Of a stretch of 64,000 nt of DNA, positions 1 through 9,056 are shown piece after piece. Location: IMG/VR virus record IMGVR_UViG_3300022935_000010, positions 1-64,000 of that record. One strand, 5' to 3'. A program made the position numbers and the translations under genes. The stretch comes from a virus. The number at the start of each line of letters is the position of its first letter. Positions within the stretch are counted from its first letter, which is position 1. The notes under the pieces were generated by a model. It had not been told where the DNA came from. It saw only the letters and a list, made by a program, of their open reading frames with translations, and did no database searches.

Positions 1-1
1 T

Positions 2-2367
2 TCTTCTGGTTCTTCTGGTTCTTCAGGATCTTCAGGATCTAGTGGTTCTTCAGGATCTTCAGGATCATCAGGTTCTTCGGGTTCTTCGGGTTCTTCGGGT
101 TCTTCAGGATCTAGTGGCTCTTCAGGATCTTCAGGAACTTCAGGATCCTCAGGATCTAGTGGCTCTTCAGGATCTTCTGGATCTTCAGGAACATCAGGTT
201 CTTCTGGTTCTTCAGGATCTAGTGGTTCTTCTGGATCTTCAGGATCATCAGGATCTAGTGGCTCTTCAGGATCTTCAGGATCTTCAGGTTCCTCAGGAAC
301 TTCAGGATCTAGCGGTTCTTCTGGATCTAGCGGTTCTTCTGGATCTTCAGGAACCTCAGGTTCTTCTGGTTCTTCAGGTTCTTCAGGATCTAGTGGTTCT
401 TCTGGATCTAGTGGTTCTTCTGGATCTTCAGGGTCAAGTGGATCTTCAGGATCGTCAGGAACCTCAGGATCTTCAGGATCTAGTGGTTCTTCAGGATCTT
501 CAGGGTCTTCAGGAACTTCAGGATCATCAGGTTCTTCCGGATCTTCAGGATCATCAGGATCTAGTGGCTCTTCAGGATCTTCAGGATCTTCAGGTTCCTC
601 AGGAACTTCAGGATCTAGCGGTTCTTCAGGATCTAGCGGTTCTTCTGGATCGTCAGGAACCTCAGGTTCTTCTGGTTCTTCAGGTTCTTCAGGATCTAGT
701 GGTTCTTCTGGATCTTCTGGATCTTCAGGATCATCAGGATCTAGTGGTTCTTCTGGATCTTCAGGATCATCAGGATCTAGTGGCTCTTCAGGATCTTCGG
801 GATCCTCAGGTTCTTCAGGTTCTTCAGTATCTAGTGGTTCTTCTGGATCTTCTGGATCTTCAGGATCATCAGGATCTAGTGGTTCTTCTGGATCTTCAGG
901 ATCATCAGGATCTAGTGGCTCTTCAGGATCTTCGGGATCCTCAGGTTCCTCAGGAACTTCAGGATCTAGCGGTTCTTCAGGATCTAGCGGTTCTTCTGGA
1001 TCGTCAGGAACCTCAGGTTCTTCTGGTTCTTCAGGATCTTCAGGATCTTCGGGATCTAGTGGTTCTTCTGGATCTTCAGGATCATCAGGTTCTTCGGGTT
1101 CTTCGGGTTCTTCAGGATCTAGTGGCTCTTCAGGATCTTCAGGAACTTCAGGATCATCAGGATCTAGTGGCTCTTCAGGATCTTCAGGTTCCTCAGGAAC
1201 TTCAGGATCTAGCGGTTCTTCAGGATCTAGCGGTTCTTCTGGATCGTCAGGAACCTCAGGATCCTCAGGTTCTTCAGGTTCTTCAGGTTCTTCAGGTTCT
1301 TCAGGATCTAGTGGTTCTTCTGGATCTTCAGGATCATCAGGTTCTTCGGGTTCTTCAGGGTCTAGTGGCTCTTCAGGAACTTCAGGATCTAGCGGTTCTT
1401 CAGGATCATCAGGTTCTTCGGGTTCTTCGGGTTCTTCAGGATCTAGTGGCTCTTCAGGATCTTCAGGAACTTCAGGATCATCAGGATCTAGTGGCTCTTC
1501 AGGATCTTCAGGATCATCAGGTTCTTCAGGCACAAGTGGATCTTCAGGATCATCAGGTTCTTCAGGATCATCAGGTTCTTCAGGCACAAGTGGATCATCA
1601 GGTTCCTCTGGTGTATCTGGAGCCTCTGGAACTTCAGGTTCTAGTGGATCTTCCGGATCATCAGGATCTAGTGGTTCTTCTGGTTCATCAGGAACTTCAG
1701 GATCCTCAGGTTCATCAGGTTCTTCAGGATCTAGCGGTTCTTCAGGAACATCAGGTTCTTCTGGATCTAGTGGTTCTTCTGGATCATCAGGATCTTCAGG
1801 TTCTTCAGGCTCTAGTGGTTCTTCTGGATCTTCAGGAACTTCAGGATCTTCAGGTTCATCAGGATCTAGTGGATCTTCAGGATCTTCAGGTTCCTCTGGA
1901 TCATCAGGATCATCAGGATCGTCAGGTTCTTCAGGTTCTTCAGGTTCTTCAGGTTCTTCAGGTTCTTCAGGCACGAGTGGATCTTCTGGATCTTCAGGAT
2001 CGTCAGGTTCTTCTGGTTCTTCAGGTTCTTCAGGATCTAGTGGTTCTTCTGGATCTTCAGGGTCAAGTGGATCTTCAGGATCTTCAGGTTCCTCAGGAAC
2101 CTCAGGATCTAGCGGTTCTTCAGGATCTAGTGGTTCTTCTGGATCTTCAGGGTCAAGTGGATCTTCAGGATCTTCAGGGTCTTCAGGAACATCAGGTTCT
2201 TCTGGATCTAGTGGTTCTTCTGGATCATCAGGATCTTCAGGTTCTTCTGGTTCTTCTGGTTCATCAGGTTCCTCTGGTTCATCAGGTTCCTCTGGTTCTT
2301 CAGGATCATCAGGTTCTTCAGGAACATCAGGTTCTTCAGGATCTAGTGGTTCTTCCGGAACATCAGG
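2..2367 (+). repeat. Coding tandem repeat, about 260 (Ser/Thr-Ser-Gly) triplets, 9-nt unit such as TCTTCAGGA
   Basis: Directly visible; further shorter blocks at about 2762-2961 and 3317-3600. Confidence 0.97.
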
Positions 2368-4324
2368 TATTGATGGCACAAATTATTTAGGATTCTTTTC
2401 TGAATACGATTCAAGCAGTACGAACATTACAGTAGCACCATCATCCCAACAATTTGTATTAAATAATGCAAGCTTAAACAGTGTTACAGGTGCTGCGATT
2501 AGTACAACTTCTACTAATTCAGTAAATGTTACTAAGACGTTAGATATCTTCGATGAGATAGCAAACCCTGGTCCAAGAAGAGGAATTATACAGTTCTTAA
2601 CCCCAGGAAATTCTCAATTTGCATCATATTATGTAACCAGTGCAACAAAAAATCCTCCAACTAATAGTACATGGTTTCAACTAGGTTTAGAGTATATAGA
2701 TAGAGGTGGATCTGGATCCCTTACCGATGGTGAAGATTATTGGGTAGGACTTAATGTAATTGGTGATGCAGGAACATCAGGATCTTCTGGATCGTCAGGC
2801 TCTAGTGGTTCTTCAGGTTCTTCAGGAACCTCAGGATCCTCAGGCTCTAGTGGTTCTTCTGGATCTAGTGGTTCTTCAGGCTCTAGTGGATCTTCGGGAA
2901 CATCAGGCTCTAGTGGTTCTTCGGGATCATCAGGATCATCAGGAATTTCTGGTACTTCAGGATATGTAATAGACAATACCTGGGATTGGACAACATCCGG
3001 AGGATCTCCAGCAAGTGGAGAAGCTAGAAATAGCTCCGGATCTAATTTACCTGCATCACCCTTTGTCTTATTGATAAATGAAAACCCCATATCAGGACCT
3101 AATTATGTAAACATTTTTAATAGTTTAGGCAACGGAACCCTATGGAAAATAACGCGATTAGTTGGTGGATCTAACGTACTTTATTATACGCAAATCTCAG
3201 TTGGTGTTGATAACGGATCATATTGGGAATTTGATTTAGATCATTTGTCAGGTACAGGATGGTCGCCTACTACAGGTGATGATATATTAATTCAAATTGC
3301 AGGAGTAGGAGCACCAGGAAGTTCTGGAACATCAGGTTCTTCTGGATCATCAGGCTCTAGTGGTTCCTCAGGATCTAGTGGTTCTTCAGGATCCTCAGGA
3401 TCCTCAGGTTCTTCTGGATCATCAGGCTCTAGTGGTTCTTCTGGTTCATCAGGAACATCAGGATCGTCAGGCTCTAGTGGTTCCTCAGGATCTAGTGGTT
3501 CTTCAGGAACATCTGGTTCTTCTGGATCATCAGGAAGTTCTGGTTCTTCTGGATCCTCAGGAAGTTCTGGTTCTTCTGGATCATCAGGAAGTTCTGGTGT
3601 TGGAGGTAGTGTAGATAGATTTAATGGGTATGATGATGGTACTTTAAATGTAACTAATTTCTCTACCCAAGGTACCACAGCAGATATTAAAGTTTCGCAT
3701 ACACAATATGGTTTAGACCCTTCAACCAACGCCTTAATTTACGATCATACGAATGATACTGCTCTTATTGAGATTCTGCAAGATGGATATTATATAATTA
3801 GCTCTAATGTAAATTACATTGTTGGAGCAAGTAGGAGTGGTTCTAGATCAACAATGCAGCAAAATCTCTATATTAATGGTGCTGTTGTAGATTCTTCTAA
3901 GTCTGATACTTACTCAAGAGGACAGCTTTATAATGATGAAATTAATACGCTAACCACTGGTTATTTCTATTTAAATACGAATGATACTATAAGAATGGAG
4001 GTAAATGCAGCACGGATGGATAGTAGCGGTACTGGAACTGTAGCGATCACTGATGCTGTTATTAATATTGCTCGGATATCAGGAGCAGCTGCTGCTTCTG
4101 GTTCTGACGGAGCACAGGGAGCAGCAGGAGCAGCAGGAGCACAAGGAGCACAAGGAGCAGCAGCAACAATTCCGTGTGATGGAACGTGTACATCTACTGA
4201 AGGTGGTAACCCAACATTGTACTACGGGACTAATCCTGACGTTTATCTTGCAGAACCTAATGTGTGGTTCCGAATTGATTGTGATGGAACAACATATAAC
4301 GTTCCTGGATACTCTTGTGAGTAA
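2..4324 (+). CDS. Giant Gly-Ser-Ser repeat collagen-like fibre protein (5'-truncated, >1440 aa) with interspersed globular domains and a C1q/BclA-like C-terminal domain
   Basis: Frame starting at nt 2 reads SSG SSG SSG... with no stop, continues through IDGTNYLGFFSEY... (2368-2760) and joins in frame the track ORF 3071..4324; Gly at every third residue; C-terminal DGYYIISSNV...LYINGAVV...FYLNTNDTIRMEV resembles the C1q/TNF fold. Confidence 0.85.
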   Translation, partial: SSGSSGSSGSSGSSGSSGSSGSSGSSGSSGSSGSSGSSGSSGSSGTSGSSGSSGSSGSSGSSGTSGSSGSSGSSGSSGSSGSSGSSGSSGSSGSSGSSGTSGSSGSSGSSGSSGSSGTSGSSGSSGSSGSSGSSGSSGSSGSSGSSGSSGSSGTSGSSGSSGSSGSSGSSGTSGSSGSSGSSGSSGSSGSSGSSGSSGSSGTSGSSGSSGSSGSSGSSGTSGSSGSSGSSGSSGSSGSSGSSGSSGSSGSSGSSGSSGSSGSSGSSGSSGSSGSSVSSGSSGSSGSSGSSGSSGSSGSSGSSGSSGSSGSSGSSGSSGTSGSSGSSGSSGSSGSSGTSGSSGSSGSSGSSGSSGSSGSSGSSGSSGSSGSSGSSGSSGSSGTSGSSGSSGSSGSSGSSGTSGSSGSSGSSGSSGSSGTSGSSGSSGSSGSSGSSGSSGSSGSSGSSGSSGSSGSSGSSGTSGSSGSSGSSGSSGSSGSSGSSGSSGSSGTSGSSGSSGSSGSSGSSGSSGTSGSSGSSGSSGSSGSSGTSGSSGSSGVSGASGTSGSSGSSGSSGSSGSSGSSGTSGSSGSSGSSGSSGSSGTSGSSGSSGSSGSSGSSGSSGSSGSSGSSGTSGSSGSSGSSGSSGSSGSSGSSGSSGSSGSSGSSGSSGSSGSSGTSGSSGSSGSSGSSGSSGSSGSSGSSGSSGSSGSSGSSGSSGTSGSSGSSGSSGSSGSSGSSGSSGSSGSSGTSGSSGSSGSSGSSGSSGSSGSSGSSGSSGSSGSSGSSGSSGSSGTSGSSGSSGSSGTSGIDGTNYLGFFSEYDSSSTNITVAPSSQQFVLNNASLNSVTGAAISTTSTNSVNVTKTLDIFDEIANPGPRRGIIQFLTPGNSQFASYYVTSATKNPPTNSTWFQLGLEYIDRGGSGSLTDGEDYWVGLNVIGDAGTSGSSGSSGSSGSSGSSGTSGSSGSSGSSGSSGSSGSSGSSGTSGSSGSSGSSGSSGISGTSGYVIDNTWDWTTSGGSPASGEARNSSGSNLPASPFVLLINENPISGPNYVNIFNSLGNGTLWKITRLVGGSNVLYYTQISVGVDNGSYWEFDLDHLSGTGWSPTTGDDILIQIAGVGAPGSSGTSGSSGSSGSSGSSGSSGSSGSSGSSGSSGSSGSSGSSGSSGTSGSSGSSGSSGSSGSSGTSGSSGSSGSSGSSGSSGSSGSSGSSGSSGVGGSVDRFNGYDDGTLNVTNFSTQGTTADIKVSHTQYGLDPSTNALIYDHTNDTALIEILQDGYYIISSNVNYIVGASRSGSRSTMQQNLYINGAVVDSSKSDTYSRGQLYNDEINTLTTGYFYLNTNDTIRMEVNAARMDSSGTGTVAITDAVINIARISGAAAASGSDGAQGAAGAAGAQGAQGAAATIPCDGTCTSTEGGNPTLYYGTNPDVYLAEPNVWFRIDCDGTTYNVPGYSCE

Positions 4325-4336
4325 TAGATTAATGCT

Positions 4337-4591
4337 ATGAAGGAAGTACCTAAGGTAGACATGTCACTTTTACAAATGGCCAATAATTTTGTTGGAGGTG
4401 AAGAAATTTCGAGAATTGAAATTATCAATAAGGAGGGTATTGTTTTAAATACATATGATTATTCCAAATCTACTGGTGATCATATTCCGAGTGTGATTTT
4501 TTCTATGTCCGATATTCTAGGTAATTCTAATTCGATAGTTAGTAACCCCAATACAACTCAAAAGGTTAATGAATTCCCAGGATTACTTTAA
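4337..4591 (+). CDS. Hypothetical protein
   Basis: 84-aa ORF filling the gap after the fibre gene. Confidence 0.5.
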   Translation: MKEVPKVDMSLLQMANNFVGGEEISRIEIINKEGIVLNTYDYSKSTGDHIPSVIFSMSDILGNSNSIVSNPNTTQKVNEFPGLL

Positions 4592-4597
4592 ATAATT

Positions 4598-4625
4598 GAA
4601 AACCTTTGGATTGTTTGGCGTATAA
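4598..4625 (+). promoter_or_regulatory. Putative ECF-type (middle) promoter GAAAA-N18-TATAA
   Basis: Same spacing as the GAAAC-N18-TAHAA motif found at 8 other intergenic sites; 26 nt upstream of the glycosylation cluster. Confidence 0.6.
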
Positions 4626-4650
4626 GAATAAATCATTATTGTAATTCTAT

Positions 4651-5229
4651 ATGAAGGTCCAAACAATCATTATAGACGATTTCTATAAAAATCCCGATGA
4701 TGTAAGATCATTTGCTTTAGCCCAAGAATTTAGTGCTCGTGGAAATTACCCCGGACAAAGAACGGTATCTTTTTTAGCAGATAACGTAAAGAATTCTATT
4801 CAGGATATAATTAGACCTTATGGCGGAGAGGTTACTTGGTGGGGTGATGATTCAACTGGGTCCTTTCAATATACAGTAGCTGCTGACAGATCCTGGATCC
4901 ATAGCGATGACACAACAGATTGGGCAGGAGTTCTTTATTTAACACCAGATGCACCACTTTCTGCAGGTACTGGTCTTTTTAGGCATAAAGAAACTGGTCT
5001 TAATAGGTGGAGAAATTCTGAGCATCCTGATGAGGTAGCTAAAGCAGCCCCTGTTAATATAGAATCCCAGGATATGACCAAATGGGAAATGGTTGATAAA
5101 ATTGGAAATATTTATAATAGGCTGGTAATTTATCGGGGTGATTTATTTCACGTTTCTTTGGACTATTTCGGACTGGATAAAAATGACGGTAGGCTATTCC
5201 AGGTTTTCTTTTTCAACACGGAAAAATAA
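4651..5229 (+). CDS. 2OG-Fe(II) oxygenase (DUF6445-like)
   Basis: IIIDDFY..PD..R N-terminus, HxD (WIHSD), GVLYLTP, distal His (LFHVS) and Arg (GRLFQVFF). Confidence 0.75.
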   Translation: MKVQTIIIDDFYKNPDDVRSFALAQEFSARGNYPGQRTVSFLADNVKNSIQDIIRPYGGEVTWWGDDSTGSFQYTVAADRSWIHSDDTTDWAGVLYLTPDAPLSAGTGLFRHKETGLNRWRNSEHPDEVAKAAPVNIESQDMTKWEMVDKIGNIYNRLVIYRGDLFHVSLDYFGLDKNDGRLFQVFFFNTEK

Positions 5230-6528
5230 ATGCTAATTGTTAAAAGACCGACTGCTATTGTTTTTGGTTGGGATAAGCCTAGTGGCAATTATGAATTCGT
5301 TACCACAGTTTATTCTTCGGTAGAAAATAACATGCAGTGGGTGAATTTGATTTCTATTGGCATAATTGATGTAGACAATAATGTACTATCGGATTTAAAC
5401 ATCAAACACACTCCTGATGTTTTCGTTTTTATTGGTAGTAAGTATGATCAAATACATTCGCATTTTGATAGAATGGTTATAGAATACGATCAAATCCCAG
5501 ATCCTGACACACTTGCTAATGATGTGGTGGTTAAGGCAGTAGACGTTCGTACAAACCCACACATTCCTCTTTTCAGCATTTTTACCCCTGCTTTCAAAAC
5601 GGGGGAGAGAATATTTAGAACTTATCAAGGAATAGTAGATCAGAGTGAAACAGATTGGGAGTGGGTTGTTGTAGACGATTCGCCTTCAGACCATAACGAC
5701 TTATGGCATGATCTTCAAAAGATAGCTTCCAGGGATTTAAGGGTTAAACCATATAGAATAACACCAAATACCGGGGGATTTGTAGGAATGGCTAAGAAGA
5801 GGGCCTGCTCTTTGTCTAGTGGTAAATGGTTGGTAGAACTTGACCATGATGACTATTTATTGGATAATTGCTTGGCTAAAATTAAATCTGCTAGCGATAA
5901 ATTCCCTGACGCTGGATTCATTTACAGTGACTGTACAGAAATGTTTGAGAATGGGAAATTTAGAAGATATGGTAGCAAAGATGAAAAATACGATGGTAAT
6001 TTCTATGGTGTTGAAGGCAACAACTTTAACTTTGGGTATTCTGGACACTCTTGGGTTAATATAAAGGGTAAAAGATATCTAACACATCACTATCCCTCTA
6101 TAAATCCGATTACTATTAGATTTAATATTTCAATGCCAAATCATGTTAGGGCTTGGAGGTCTGATATTTATAAAAAAATCGGAGGGCATGCTGAAAGCCT
6201 ACCAATAGCGGATGATCTAGAATTAATCATTAAAACTTTTCTCGAAACAAGGATAGTCCATATTAAGGATTTGCTATATATTCAATATAGTAATGGCTCC
6301 GGGACTGTTAGCTATAACTCTTTCGAAATTAATAGAATTTCTAGAATTTTGAAAGAGAAATATAACAAAGCAATACATAACAGGATAATTGATTTGGGGT
6401 TCCATGATTGGGAGTGGGACGAAGAAAAGAGAACTAATAGGCACCAAGAGGCTATAATGAATAGTGACCTTAGTGATATAAAGTTCTGGGAGGATGAACA
6501 GGTTTTGAATTATGTATATGATGAATAA
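5230..6528 (+). CDS. Glycosyltransferase family 2 with N-terminal extension
   Basis: FSIFTPAF, WEWVVVDDS, ELDHDD (DxD), ADDLEL motifs. Confidence 0.85.
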   Translation: MLIVKRPTAIVFGWDKPSGNYEFVTTVYSSVENNMQWVNLISIGIIDVDNNVLSDLNIKHTPDVFVFIGSKYDQIHSHFDRMVIEYDQIPDPDTLANDVVVKAVDVRTNPHIPLFSIFTPAFKTGERIFRTYQGIVDQSETDWEWVVVDDSPSDHNDLWHDLQKIASRDLRVKPYRITPNTGGFVGMAKKRACSLSSGKWLVELDHDDYLLDNCLAKIKSASDKFPDAGFIYSDCTEMFENGKFRRYGSKDEKYDGNFYGVEGNNFNFGYSGHSWVNIKGKRYLTHHYPSINPITIRFNISMPNHVRAWRSDIYKKIGGHAESLPIADDLELIIKTFLETRIVHIKDLLYIQYSNGSGTVSYNSFEINRISRILKEKYNKAIHNRIIDLGFHDWEWDEEKRTNRHQEAIMNSDLSDIKFWEDEQVLNYVYDE

Positions 6529-7714
6529 GAGGGCTAAAATTTGCATGAATGCCATGGTAGCTAATGAATCCCGTGTTATTCTGAGAATGCTTGAATCCTG
6601 CTATCGATACATCGATTATTGGGTTATACAAGATAACGGCTCTACTGATGGTACCCAAGGTCTTATTAGAAATTTCTTTTCTCAAAAGGGGATACCTGGA
6701 TACCTGTATGAAACTGAATGGCAATATCCTGGATTTAATCGGGATCACACTTTGCAAGAATGTTTAAAAGCTGATCATGGTTGTGATTGGATTTTAAGGA
6801 TGGATGCAGATGAACAACTGGCTGTTGATGATAATTTTGATTGGTCTTTGATTAACGACACATCTATTCAAAGTTTTAATATTACCGCTCAGGACCCGGG
6901 TGGAATATATTATAGAACTTGGCTTTGGAATGCAAAATTGCCATGGTATTTCAAGCACGACAAAAGGCATGAGACAATTTATCTTTCTGGTCACAAAGAA
7001 GGGGAGGGTAATTTTCAGGTAATTAACTTACCCCGTGGGTTTAGACATATCATTACAAATGACGGTAAAACTTGGGAAGACCCTTTAAAGTTTTTAAATG
7101 ATGCTCTTTTACTTGAAGCTGATCAGGTTTGTTCTGGGAAGATAAAAGAGGATGATTACCATCTTTTCTATATTGGTAAAAGTTATGCTGATATTTATCA
7201 GAATGGAAATCTCCCGTTTGGCAAAAATCATAGTGATGAATACGCTAGAAGGACTATATATTACCTTGAACATTATGTGAGAAGGAAATTTCCAGTTTAT
7301 GATAATGACTCACCTCCTACAGTGTTTGATGAGATGTGTTACCTTTCTATAGTTCTTATCGGACAAGCACATAGATTTATAGGAAATCGAGATCTCGCAT
7401 ATAAAAGGCTTGAACAAGCTGACTGGTATTGTCCGGATAGAAACGAGCACTGGGTTATTTTGGCAGAGATGCTCTTGGAGGACCAAAAATTTCATAGGAT
7501 GTATGAAATAACATCAATGCTCATGAGAGATGATAGGATATGCCCATTTCCTAGATTTCATTTTTTACTCTGGACCTCTTGTTACAAGGATACCTCTGAT
7601 TATGTAGAATTTCTGTACAAAGAATCGATGAAATTTGTGGAACTAATTGAAACCCGAACAGACCAAAATAATTTAAAAACTATGGAAGACGCTTACTTTC
7701 CTGGTGAAATTTAG
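6521..7714 (+). CDS. Glycosyltransferase family 2 with helical (TPR-like) C-terminus
   Basis: ICMNAMVANE, VIQDNGSTDGT, WILRMDADE, RHE motif; start taken at MNKRAK. Confidence 0.85.
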   Translation: MNKRAKICMNAMVANESRVILRMLESCYRYIDYWVIQDNGSTDGTQGLIRNFFSQKGIPGYLYETEWQYPGFNRDHTLQECLKADHGCDWILRMDADEQLAVDDNFDWSLINDTSIQSFNITAQDPGGIYYRTWLWNAKLPWYFKHDKRHETIYLSGHKEGEGNFQVINLPRGFRHIITNDGKTWEDPLKFLNDALLLEADQVCSGKIKEDDYHLFYIGKSYADIYQNGNLPFGKNHSDEYARRTIYYLEHYVRRKFPVYDNDSPPTVFDEMCYLSIVLIGQAHRFIGNRDLAYKRLEQADWYCPDRNEHWVILAEMLLEDQKFHRMYEITSMLMRDDRICPFPRFHFLLWTSCYKDTSDYVEFLYKESMKFVELIETRTDQNNLKTMEDAYFPGEI

Positions 7715-7724
7715 ATAAAAACAT

Positions 7725-8000
7725 ATGGAAAACAATCAAACAAAAATAACATCTGAGGAGTTGGAAAAAATTAACTCCTTAAGAACCGAGATTTTAGAAA
7801 ATGTTGAATCGATAGGTAGACTGAATATTAGAAAGCATTTTCTGGTAAAAGAACTCGAGCCAATAGAGGCAACTCTGATATCATTGCTTCAAAAGTCAGA
7901 AGAACTGGACACACAGGAGAAGGATGTAATAGATGAGATCATTCAGAAATATGGGGAAGGCCAGTTAAATTTTGAAACTGGTATTTACACTAAAGAATAA
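7725..8000 (+). CDS. Small coiled-coil hypothetical protein
   Basis: 91-aa ORF ending KYGEGQLNFETG. Confidence 0.65.
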   Translation: MENNQTKITSEELEKINSLRTEILENVESIGRLNIRKHFLVKELEPIEATLISLLQKSEELDTQEKDVIDEIIQKYGEGQLNFETGIYTKE

Positions 8001-8003
8001 TAA

Positions 8004-9056
8004 ATGAAAGAGATTGAGGCTTTAAGAAAAACCAAATATGAATTGGTAAGAACAATCAATTCTATACAAAAAACATTGGATGAAAAAACCGGTGGAAAAA
8101 AGAGAATTCTTTTCGTTGCTCCACATCTTTCAACTGGAGGAATGCCTCAATACCTGTACAAAAAAATAGAGTCTTTTAACGAAGAAGCTGAAGTTTATTG
8201 CATACAATATAACAATACATCGGAGGAATATGTTGTACAGAGAAATAGGATAAAGGAAAGGATTGGTTCTAGATTCCATTGTTTGGGGGAAGATAAGACA
8301 GAGATACTTGATTTAATTGATAGAATTTACCCTGACGTTATCCATTTTGATGATTTTGTTGAATTTTTTGTAGACCCGTCGATTATTGACAAAATATATG
8401 CACTGGATAGACCATATTGCATAGTTGAAACTTGCCACAGCTCAAATATTTCCCCATCAGATAAGATATATTGTCCGGATAAACTGGTTATGGTAAATCA
8501 ATGGATGTGTAACAAATTTAAAGATCTTGGTGTTCCGACAGACATTTTAGAATACCCAATTGAGGATTTTAAAAGACCTGATAGAAAATCTGCCTTAGAG
8601 AGTCTTGGTCTAGATCCAAACAAAAAGCATGTAATAAATATCGGTTTATTCACACCAGGTAAAAACCAAGGTGAGCTTATAGAGCACGCTAGAAATCTCA
8701 TTGACTACCCAATACAATTTCACTTTATAGGAAATACTGCACCAAATTTTCAAAGCTATTGGGAACCACTTTTAGAAACACTACCTGATAATTGCAAATT
8801 ATGGGGTGAAAGAGATGATGCGGATCTTTTCTATAGTGCGGCTGACCTTTTTGTTTTTACCTCTAATTGGGAGTTAAATCCCATTGTTATAAAGGAGACT
8901 CTTTCATGGAAACTACCGATTTTAATGAGAAGACTTGATCCATACATGGATTCTTATGATCAGAATCCATTGGTAAGCTATCTTAGCCCTAGCGGTGCTT
9001 TTTTAGATATACCTGCAGATACGGAAAAAATTAAGGACATATTAGATTTAAGATGA
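8004..9056 (+). CDS. Glycosyltransferase family 4 (GT-B)
   Basis: ILFVAPHLSTGGMP, GLFTPGKNQ, ADLFVFTSNWELNPIVIKE motifs. Confidence 0.85.
   Translation: MKEIEALRKTKYELVRTINSIQKTLDEKTGGKKRILFVAPHLSTGGMPQYLYKKIESFNEEAEVYCIQYNNTSEEYVVQRNRIKERIGSRFHCLGEDKTEILDLIDRIYPDVIHFDDFVEFFVDPSIIDKIYALDRPYCIVETCHSSNISPSDKIYCPDKLVMVNQWMCNKFKDLGVPTDILEYPIEDFKRPDRKSALESLGLDPNKKHVINIGLFTPGKNQGELIEHARNLIDYPIQFHFIGNTAPNFQSYWEPLLETLPDNCKLWGERDDADLFYSAADLFVFTSNWELNPIVIKETLSWKLPILMRRLDPYMDSYDQNPLVSYLSPSGAFLDIPADTEKIKDILDLR

Noticed and set aside
1-2367. CRISPR array or non-coding satellite
   Set aside because: 9-nt coding unit with synonymous third-position variation and no unique spacers
42-2390. 782-aa LQD-rich ORF in the track (also 2760..2969, 3360..3614)
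   Set aside because: Shadow frame of the GSS repeat; it stops as soon as the repeat ends, while frame 2 continues into normal globular sequence
2737-3729. Minus-strand PE/PD-rich ORFs
   Set aside because: Antisense reading of the GSS repeat
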